DNA from: Nitrosopumilus sp.
GTDB lineage: Archaea > Thermoproteota > Nitrososphaeria > Nitrososphaerales > Nitrosopumilaceae
DNA length: 64,000 nucleotides
Assembly (NCBI GenBank): GCA_963662625.1
Contig: OY759726.1
Coordinates: 928,001 to 992,000 of the forward strand
Direction: 5' to 3'
Made by a program: the position numbers and the translations under genes. Under the pieces are notes generated by a model. That model was not told the DNA's origin. It ran no database searches and saw only the letters and a program-made list of their open reading frames with translations. This document shows positions 10,299 through 17,610 of the stretch, one piece after another; the first letter of the stretch is position 1; each line of letters begins with the position of its first letter.

Positions 10299-11839
10299 AA
10301 AATTTTACAAAGCACCCCGCCATGCCCCTGGCGCTCTCCCTGGTTCTTCTCGCCCCCCCCGGCAGCGCCCTCGGCCACGGGGTCGGCAGCGAGACGTTCC
10401 CCCCGGTGGAACTAAACGGCAGGCAGGTCGCGCTGGAGGCCTCCTCCTCCCAGGGCGATCCCGCCGCCGGCCAGCAGATCTCGATCTCGCTTCTTGACTT
10501 TGACTCCAAGATCACGCTGCGGGACGTGGCCTTCCACATAAGGTCCGAACGCGGTACGCAGTTCCTCTTTGAGGAGGAGTTCAAGGCAGACAACGGGGTA
10601 CTCGTCTTCAACTTCGTGTCAGAAGACGCCGGCCCCGTCGTGGTTGAGGAGGCAGGCGGCGACCTGTTCGGTTCGCTGCTGGGACTGGAAAGCAGGGAGA
10701 TCCACGTCAAGGGCCCGAAACTAGCTGACGGCGGGCTCTACAAGTTCGACGTATCGGTGCTGGCAGCCGACGGGTATTCCAAGACGCTTGACGAGCCACT
10801 GGTGTACAACGTCGGAATCTCCGTCCCGCAGACGGTGGAGCACGAGATACACCACCCCGACTACGGCAGCCAGACCATACAAACCATCACGTACTACGAC
10901 GAGCTTTCAGACTTCAACTACGACATACCGTCCAAGGAGGTCTCGTTCTCAATGCCGTTTGACTGGACCGAAAGCAACATAGAGCAGACATCAGTGGTCC
11001 ACGAGGAGCTGGTGATCCCCAAGACGTTCGGCGACCTGCTGGCGTCGGGATTCGTCATGTACATCAACGGCGTCCGACTATCCGACGGCATAGTCTCCAT
11101 AGACGACTTTGCCGACGTGCGCACCGTCCACTTCATCGTGAACCAGCAGGAGCTGGGGAGGGTGTTCGAGAACAGCGACCGCCCGGGAATGGACTTTGTC
11201 GTAAAGCCCGCATCGGACAAGACTCAGCTCAGCTCCGTCACCCAGAACGGGCAGTTCCGGGTACTCGTGTCGTGGGAACCGGGCAGGCTGGAGTCAAACT
11301 CCGGGGCGGCCATATCGTTTGACATCATGGACGTGTTTCTCAAGGACCTGCCCGTTGCAGTAAGCTACGACTTTTCCGTGACCCATGGCGAGGAAACCAT
11401 ATTCTCCCAGAGCGGGATCGCCGCCGGCTCGAAAGACAGCCGCAACACCGCGGAATTCACGATCCCGGATGGCGTAAGCGGGATAATCCGCCTCAATTTT
11501 GACAACCTGTCCGGCAATCCCTTCGCGGCCACCTCTGTCCCCGTCATAGTGGACAGCACGGTACCGCGCGCAGCCCCGGTCCCGTCCTGGATCAAGGCCA
11601 GCGCCGGCTGGTGGGCCGAAGGCTCCATCGGGGACGACACCTTCCTGCGGGGAATCGGGTTCCTGATCTCAAACGACGTGATACGCATCCCCTACTCGCA
11701 GGGGCCTTCCCCGTCCCCGGGGGAAATCCCGTCCTGGATCAAGGCCAGCGCCGGCTGGTGGGCCGAAGGCTCCATCGGGGACGGGGAGTTTGTCCGAGGC
11801 ATCCAGTTCCTGATCGAACAGGGGATACTCGTGGTCTGA
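10289..11839 (+). CDS. Secreted surface protein, paralogue of 8380..10059
   Basis: Signal peptide ALG|HGVGS; shared TYYDE...FxMPFDW...VVHEE motif; twin PSWIKASAGWW repeats. Confidence 0.85.
   Translation: MDLKNFTKHPAMPLALSLVLLAPPGSALGHGVGSETFPPVELNGRQVALEASSSQGDPAAGQQISISLLDFDSKITLRDVAFHIRSERGTQFLFEEEFKADNGVLVFNFVSEDAGPVVVEEAGGDLFGSLLGLESREIHVKGPKLADGGLYKFDVSVLAADGYSKTLDEPLVYNVGISVPQTVEHEIHHPDYGSQTIQTITYYDELSDFNYDIPSKEVSFSMPFDWTESNIEQTSVVHEELVIPKTFGDLLASGFVMYINGVRLSDGIVSIDDFADVRTVHFIVNQQELGRVFENSDRPGMDFVVKPASDKTQLSSVTQNGQFRVLVSWEPGRLESNSGAAISFDIMDVFLKDLPVAVSYDFSVTHGEETIFSQSGIAAGSKDSRNTAEFTIPDGVSGIIRLNFDNLSGNPFAATSVPVIVDSTVPRAAPVPSWIKASAGWWAEGSIGDDTFLRGIGFLISNDVIRIPYSQGPSPSPGEIPSWIKASAGWWAEGSIGDGEFVRGIQFLIEQGILVV
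11580..11783 (+). repeat. Intragenic 57-bp perfect direct repeat (11580-11636 / 11727-11783)
   Basis: tcccgtcctggatcaaggcc...ggggacg twice. Confidence 0.9.
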
Positions 11840-11961
11840 GGCGCCCTTGCCCCGCGCGCGCCGCGCGGGCGGGCGGCGGACGCGCATTATATTAAACCGT
11901 GACGCCCTGATAAGCTGGTTGAATGCAACGCACAGGACTTGCATGAGCGCCCGGTGCGGGG

Positions 11962-13173
11962 ACGCCAGCCCGGTTCGGCCGTGCGCTGCCGGCCGCCCTG
12001 GCACTGCTGCTTGTGCCGCTGCTCTCCCCCGCATCGGCGGAGGTATACGTTCCCGAGCACGAGTATCTGGGATACTTTGACGGACACGGCGTGTACACGG
12101 TGGTCGGAAACGTAAAAAACGCGAACGCCTTTGCCGTGATCCCCACCGTCACGGTTCACGTCGCCGATGGCTCGCAAACCCTGTCAAAGGCGATCAGGTA
12201 CGTGCCGGCTGCGGCCGGAAGCGAGGCCCCATTCAAGGTCAAGTTCCCAGGAGTCGGGCTCGAATCGCCCGTGCTACGGGGCGCCGGCCTGGAGTTCGTC
12301 CGCACGGAGCACGCACCTTCCACGCTGCGGGTCCTCTACGACGACACCCTGGTAATGCACGCAGGCGGCCACCTTACCGGAAGGCTCCAAAATACCGGCG
12401 ACAGGACGGTGCACTTTCCAACGGTGCACGCGGTGGTTCACGGCCGTGATGCCCCGCTTGACGTAGCGCAAAACATCGGGCTGATTGAAAAGATAGGGCC
12501 CGGGGAGACGGTGGCCTTCTCGATGCACCCCGATCCCGCCATAACGGCCAAGGTCTCCCACTACAGCTGCTTTGCCCCGGCAGACACCACGGTGATCCCC
12601 GTGACTGCCATTAAGAACGGCGGCAAGTTTGACTTCAGGTACGACTCGGGGGCCTGGTTCTATGCAGCAAAGTTTGACGGGGAGGGGACCGCGATGACGA
12701 TGCGTGGATACAACAGCTTCCCCTTGGAGACCCATGCAAACTTTGAGTTTGCCCCGATCTCCGGCAACGAGGTCTTCTCAGTCACGGTCAACGGAGAGCC
12801 CGTGGAGTTCATCCAGAGCATGGACGAGATGGGGTTCTGGCACGTCGCGTTTTCGGTGGGGCCCACCTCTCAGGGCGTGCTGGAGATCTCGGGCTTTGAG
12901 AAGGGGCTGCCCCCGGTGCCGCAGTGGGTCAAGGAAAACGCCGGGTGGTGGAGCGAGGGAAAGATCCCAGACTCGGAGTTCCTCGAGGCGGTGGGGTTCC
13001 TGGTGGAAAGGGGGGCAATCACCCTGCAGGGAGATGCCGCCCCCGGCGCGGCCGCGGCCGTCCCGTCATGGGTGAAGGATCTCTCCGGCTGGTGGTCAGA
13101 GGGCAGCATCTCCGACGAATCTTTTGTCAACGCGGTATCCTACCTGCTTGACCGGGGGATCATGCGGGTCTAG
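11962..13173 (+). CDS. Secreted protein with FxLYD-like Ig domains and twin PxWVK...GWW repeats; start uncertain (ACG 11962 or GTG 12013)
   Basis: YTVVGNVKN and LTGRLQNTG strands; C-terminal PQWVKENAGWW / PSWVKDLSGWW; in-frame signal peptide extends upstream of 12013. Confidence 0.78.
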   Translation, partial: TPARFGRALPAALALLLVPLLSPASAEVYVPEHEYLGYFDGHGVYTVVGNVKNANAFAVIPTVTVHVADGSQTLSKAIRYVPAAAGSEAPFKVKFPGVGLESPVLRGAGLEFVRTEHAPSTLRVLYDDTLVMHAGGHLTGRLQNTGDRTVHFPTVHAVVHGRDAPLDVAQNIGLIEKIGPGETVAFSMHPDPAITAKVSHYSCFAPADTTVIPVTAIKNGGKFDFRYDSGAWFYAAKFDGEGTAMTMRGYNSFPLETHANFEFAPISGNEVFSVTVNGEPVEFIQSMDEMGFWHVAFSVGPTSQGVLEISGFEKGLPPVPQWVKENAGWWSEGKIPDSEFLEAVGFLVERGAITLQGDAAPGAAAAVPSWVKDLSGWWSEGSISDESFVNAVSYLLDRGIMRV

Positions 13174-13234
13174 CTTCGGCACGTACCGCCTGAAACAATC
13201 TTATTATACAAACCTCCTATAAAGCCACCATACC

Positions 13235-14011
13235 ATGTTTCCCTTACGGGATGAAAACCCACACCCGCCAGGATTCAAGCCCAAAGTAACCTATGCTCTG
13301 ATTGTGATAAACGTGGCGGTGTTTTTCATCGAGGTCGCGTACACCGGGCAGTTTTTCGAGTTCACAAACAACAGGGCGTTTGACTTGTTCTACAACTGGG
13401 GCGCGGTGCCCCACTGCGTCATGGGCGGAACCGTCATGAACATAGACTTTGGCGCGGGGCCCGTCCGCATCCCGTGCACCGACATGCCGTACGTCTCCCT
13501 GATCACCTCCACCTTCCTGCACGGCGGCCTGATGCACCTGGGGGGCAACATGCTGTTCCTGTGGATATTCGGCGACAACATCGAGCAGAAGTTCGGCAAG
13601 CTAAAGTACATAGGGATCTACCTGGCGTGGGGCGTGGCAGCGGGCATGATCCACATACTCGGCGACGTCAACAGCGCCATTCCGGCAGTCGGGGCGTCGG
13701 GGGCAATCTCGGGGATCCTGGGAGCCTACCTCGTAATCTTCCCGAGGGCGCGCGTCCAGACGTTCCTGATCCTGGGGTTCTTTTGGAGGATGATGCACAT
13801 CCAGGCAAAGTGGTTCCTGCCATTCTGGCTGATCTTCCAGAACCTGCTGCCGTTCTTCATAGGGGGATTCGGCGTGGTCGCATCCGACAGCGTGGCGTAC
13901 CTTGCGCATATCGGCGGCTTCGCGGTGGGGCTGGGAACGGGCTACCTGTACAAAAAGATGCACGGCTCGGAGTTCACGTACGGCACGCGGTACGGGTACA
14001 GGCCCGACTAG
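13235..14011 (+). CDS. Rhomboid family intramembrane serine protease
   Basis: FLHGG..HLGGNMLFLWIFGDNIE, GASG catalytic Ser, AHIGG catalytic His. Confidence 0.95.
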   Translation: MFPLRDENPHPPGFKPKVTYALIVINVAVFFIEVAYTGQFFEFTNNRAFDLFYNWGAVPHCVMGGTVMNIDFGAGPVRIPCTDMPYVSLITSTFLHGGLMHLGGNMLFLWIFGDNIEQKFGKLKYIGIYLAWGVAAGMIHILGDVNSAIPAVGASGAISGILGAYLVIFPRARVQTFLILGFFWRMMHIQAKWFLPFWLIFQNLLPFFIGGFGVVASDSVAYLAHIGGFAVGLGTGYLYKKMHGSEFTYGTRYGYRPD

Positions 14012-14046
14012 CCAAGGAATAAATCAACGGGGCCCCACCACACCAC

Positions 14047-14223
14047 ATGCCACTGATCACGGTGTCCATGTACCCTGGCAGGACCCAGGAACAGAAGGAC
14101 GAATTTGCAAAGGCGGTGACGAGGTCCGCGGCGGAGATCCTCAAGACTAAGGAGGACCACGTCATCGTGGTCTTTGAGGACAACCCCCGGGAGAACTGGT
14201 TCCTGGCAGGGCGCCGGCTCTGA
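14047..14223 (+). CDS. 4-oxalocrotonate tautomerase family protein (58 aa; not in the ORF track)
   Basis: MPLITVSMYPGRTQEQKDEFAKAVTRSAAEILKTKEDHVIVVFEDNPRENWFLAGRRL: catalytic Pro1, GRT.EQK motif. Confidence 0.9.
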   Translation: MPLITVSMYPGRTQEQKDEFAKAVTRSAAEILKTKEDHVIVVFEDNPRENWFLAGRRL

Positions 14224-14308
14224 CGGCCGGTTCGTCCAGGCCTCGCCGGCGCGGGTCCTGCCAAGCCGTCCCCCCGCGCGCCTTACCCTTTTATCCCCGA
14301 TGGGACGC

Positions 14309-15118
14309 ATGAGACCCGTGAAAGTGGGGGTTGTGCAGCTAAGGGCGTCTACGGACAAGGGGGCCAACCTGGAAAAAGCGCTGGGCCACATATCCCGGGC
14401 GGCCGGGCGGGGGGCGGGCCTCGTGGCGTTTCCAGAATTCATGATGCTCTACACGGATTCGTCGCAGACCCCCGGGCAGCTTGCGGGCCTCGCCGAGACG
14501 CTCGACGGCCCGTTTGTCTCCGGGATCGCAGATTCCGCGAGGCGGAACCGGATACAGGTGGTCGGATCGTTTTACGAAAGGAGCGGCAGGCGGGACCGCG
14601 TCTACGACACCTCGTTCCTGATCGGCAGGTCGGGAAAGGTAATCTCCGCATACAGGAAGATCCACCTGTATGACGCGCTGGGGTTCCGGGAGTCCGACAA
14701 GATGGCCCCCGGCTCCGGCATTGCCAGGCCGGCAAGGACGTCGGTCGGAATGGTCGGCATGCTGATCTGCTACGACCTGAGGTTTCCGGAGATGTCGCGC
14801 CTGCTTGCGACCGCGGGATCCGAGGTCCTGGTCGCGCCGTCTGCCTGGGTGGCAGGCGACATGAAGGAGGATCACTGGCTCGCGATAAACAAGACGCGCG
14901 CCATTGAAAACGGCTGCTATGTGGTCGCGCCCGACCAGGTGGGAAACATCTACTGCGGGAGGAGCCTGGTGGTGGACCCGTTCGGCAGGGTGATCCTAGA
15001 CATGAAAAAGAGGCAGGGCATCGGCTATGCCGACATAGACCCGGACAGGGTAAGACAGGTCAGGAAGGCGCTGCCGCTGCTGAAGAACAGGAGGCCTGAC
15101 GTGTATTCAGCGTTTTAG
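14309..15118 (+). CDS. Carbon-nitrogen hydrolase (nitrilase superfamily, Nit1/YbeM-like)
   Basis: FPE, YRKIHLYD and ICYDLRFPE catalytic triad motifs; start refined to ATG 14300/14309. Confidence 0.92.
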   Translation: MRPVKVGVVQLRASTDKGANLEKALGHISRAAGRGAGLVAFPEFMMLYTDSSQTPGQLAGLAETLDGPFVSGIADSARRNRIQVVGSFYERSGRRDRVYDTSFLIGRSGKVISAYRKIHLYDALGFRESDKMAPGSGIARPARTSVGMVGMLICYDLRFPEMSRLLATAGSEVLVAPSAWVAGDMKEDHWLAINKTRAIENGCYVVAPDQVGNIYCGRSLVVDPFGRVILDMKKRQGIGYADIDPDRVRQVRKALPLLKNRRPDVYSAF

Positions 15119-15558
15119 CCCTTCCTGCTCTTGCAGTTAAAGTTGGAACACTGCCTGGTCCATTTCTGGTTTCTTGAGTAGCGGAAGATCACCATCGGCC
15201 ACTTGCACTCGGCGCACGCGGACTTTGTAGCCCGGAGCCTTGCCTTCTGCAGCAGCGGCGACGATGCCTTGCAGCCGCCGTAAAAGTTAGAGCACCCCAT
15301 AAACCTCTTCCTCGTGGTCCTGGACCTGATCACCATCAGCTGCCCCAACCCGCACACCGGACACCTCACAAGGCCGTTTTTTGGGGAATTGGTGCCGAGA
15401 ATCGTATATTTTTTGTCCTTTGCGGACCAGGACAGGTACCCGTTCCCGTCCAGGTACTGCATGATCTCTTTCTTAAACGCGCTCGTCCCCGACTTTGTGG
15501 CCCTTACCGTGTGCCTTGACCCGGCCACATGGACCGCCTTGAGACCAGCCTTCTTCAA
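15115..15558 (-). CDS. Stand-alone topoisomerase IA-type C4 zinc-ribbon protein
   Basis: CPVCGLGQLMVIRS...FMGCSNFYGGC and CAECKWP...CSNFNC; TTG start at 15558 inferred. Confidence 0.75.
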   Translation of the reverse strand: MKKAGLKAVHVAGSRHTVRATKSGTSAFKKEIMQYLDGNGYLSWSAKDKKYTILGTNSPKNGLVRCPVCGLGQLMVIRSRTTRKRFMGCSNFYGGCKASSPLLQKARLRATKSACAECKWPMVIFRYSRNQKWTRQCSNFNCKSRKG

Positions 15559-15601
15559 AGGTTCACCGCCTATCTTACTGCCACGATTTTTATAGGGATT
15601 T

Positions 15602-16771
15602 TTGTCAGCTACGTTTGTGGAAAAGGTCTGCGTTCTTGGCGCCGGAAGCACCAAATACGGGAAGCTGGAGGACAGTCTTGCAGATATCACCACCCAGGCG
15701 TCGGTAGCGGCCATAGAGAGCGCGGGCATAGAGCCGGGGGAGATCAAGGCGTCCTACATATCAAACGTATTTGGCGTTGCGGACAAGCAGGTGCACATCG
15801 GCCCCGTACTGATGAGCCGGCTGGGGATCCCGGACAGGCCGTCCCTGACAATCGAGTCTGCATGCGGCAGCGGCTCCGTATCGTTCAGGGAGGCCTATGC
15901 AAACATCGCCGCGGGCTTCTATGACTGCCTTGTGGCCACCGGCGTTGAAAAGGTGACGCACACGGGAACCGAGTGGACCACGACCTACTTTGCGTACTGT
16001 TCTGACTTTTTCTACGAGGGGCAGGCGGGGGCCTCGTTTCCGGGGCTGTTCGCATCGATGGCGAGGGCATACCTGACCGAGTTTGGCGCAACCGAAGAAG
16101 ATTTTGCCAAGGTTGCTGTAAAAAACCACGATAACGGGGTATTAAACCCCAAGGCGCACATGCAGAAGAGGATCACGGTAGACGACGTAATGAACTCCGC
16201 GGTGGTCGCAAGCCCGCTCAAGCTTTTTGATTGCTGCCCGTTCTCTGACGGGGCAAGCTCCGTCATACTCTGCTCCGAAAAGTTCGCAAAGGAGCACGGC
16301 GGCGACTACATAGAGGTGATCGGCTCGGGGAGGGGTGGCTCGCCCGCCGCACTGCAGGGGCGCAACCACATGACGACCATCCCGAGCACCAAGATCGCCG
16401 CAGAGGCGGCATACAAGATGGCCGGCGTCGCCGCAAAGGACATAGACTTTGCAGAAGTCCACGACTGCTTTACGATTGCCGAGGTGGTAGACACCGAGGA
16501 CCTGGGATTCTTCGAGAAGGGCAAGGGCGTCGAGGCCGTCCGGGAGGGCAGGACGAGTCTAAACTCCGATATATCAGTCAACCCGTCCGGAGGCCTCAAG
16601 TCGAAGGGGCACCCAATAGGGGCCACCGGCATCGGCCAGGTGGTCGAAATGTACGACCAACTGACCGGGAATGCTGGCGCGAGGGCCGTCAAAGACGCAA
16701 AAGTAGGCCTGGCCCATAACTTTGGCGCAACCGGGGCAAGCTGCGCAGTCCACATCTTCCAGAGTATTTAA
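15602..16771 (+). CDS. Acetyl-CoA acetyltransferase (archaeal SCP2-type thiolase)
   Basis: ESACGSGS, EVHDCF, GHPIGATG motifs. Confidence 0.93.
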   Translation: MSATFVEKVCVLGAGSTKYGKLEDSLADITTQASVAAIESAGIEPGEIKASYISNVFGVADKQVHIGPVLMSRLGIPDRPSLTIESACGSGSVSFREAYANIAAGFYDCLVATGVEKVTHTGTEWTTTYFAYCSDFFYEGQAGASFPGLFASMARAYLTEFGATEEDFAKVAVKNHDNGVLNPKAHMQKRITVDDVMNSAVVASPLKLFDCCPFSDGASSVILCSEKFAKEHGGDYIEVIGSGRGGSPAALQGRNHMTTIPSTKIAAEAAYKMAGVAAKDIDFAEVHDCFTIAEVVDTEDLGFFEKGKGVEAVREGRTSLNSDISVNPSGGLKSKGHPIGATGIGQVVEMYDQLTGNAGARAVKDAKVGLAHNFGATGASCAVHIFQSI

Positions 16772-16772
16772 A

Positions 16773-17138
16773 ATGTCAATCGAACAGCAAGTGATAGAGG
16801 CGGCAAAACAGGGCAAATTCCTGGTTCACAGGTGCGAAAAGTGCGGCCACACGCGCCTGCCTACCGCGTATTTCTGTACGAAATGCGGCGGCAAGGGGCA
16901 CGAAGACGTCATTTTGGGGGGCGCGGGCAGCATCGCCACCTACACCATAATCACGGTGGCGCCTGCGGGCTTTGAAAAGTACACCCCGTACGCGTTTGTA
17001 GTCCTCAAACTGGACGACGCGGATCTGAGGATCTCCGGGTTCATGGCGGGAATCGCAACCCCCGGCGATCTTCCCGTCGGCACTAGGGCCAAGATCGCAG
17101 GCTTCGACGAGCGCGGGATAATAATCGAAAAGCAGTAG
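16773..17138 (+). CDS. DUF35 Zn-ribbon/OB-fold protein (thiolase partner)
   Basis: CEKCG...CTKCG plus OB fold (YTII..AP.GF...PY); adjacent to thiolase. Confidence 0.9.
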   Translation: MSIEQQVIEAAKQGKFLVHRCEKCGHTRLPTAYFCTKCGGKGHEDVILGGAGSIATYTIITVAPAGFEKYTPYAFVVLKLDDADLRISGFMAGIATPGDLPVGTRAKIAGFDERGIIIEKQ

Positions 17139-17146
17139 TTTTTTTT
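17139..17146 (+). terminator. Oligo-T archaeal terminator candidate
   Basis: T8 run immediately after the DUF35 stop codon. Confidence 0.55.
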
Positions 17147-17208
17147 GTTACAATTATTAAAAAAAATCAAAGCCGATTCTTAATAATTCTGCAGGGCCGA
17201 TCACTCCC

Positions 17209-17370
17209 ATGTCAGTTGAGGTAGTGTGCGGAAAGTGCGGAGAAAAGATCGCGAGCATGAAGATGCTAAAGTCGCTCAAGGACGCAATGCACCCGTCCGG
17301 CGGCAAGTGCCCCTCGTGCGGGCAGAGGCTGTCCACGTCGGAGTTTTCTCTCGACGTGCATGAGAATTGA
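17209..17370 (+). CDS. Small CPxCG-type zinc-finger protein (53 aa; not in the ORF track)
   Basis: MSVEVVCGKCGEKIASMKMLKSLKDAMHPSGGKCPSCGQRLSTSEFSLDVHEN; AT-rich promoter upstream. Confidence 0.75.
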   Translation: MSVEVVCGKCGEKIASMKMLKSLKDAMHPSGGKCPSCGQRLSTSEFSLDVHEN

Positions 17371-17610
17371 CCGGGTCCGCCGCCCGGGCCGGGGGCGCCG
17401 GAAGTGCCTTGCCCTGCGGTGCCGGACCGGCCTACGCCCCGCCACCAAGCCGCGCGGATGTCGGGAAGCTCCATGCTACACCGCGCATAACCGCCACGGG
17501 ACAGCGCCGCCCCTGATCGGCATGCATGCAAAACCGGATCAAACCCCCGGTCCGGTGACGCCTGCCTGCACGTCACAAGTCTTATTTACCGTTTAATAGA
17601 GCATGAACGT

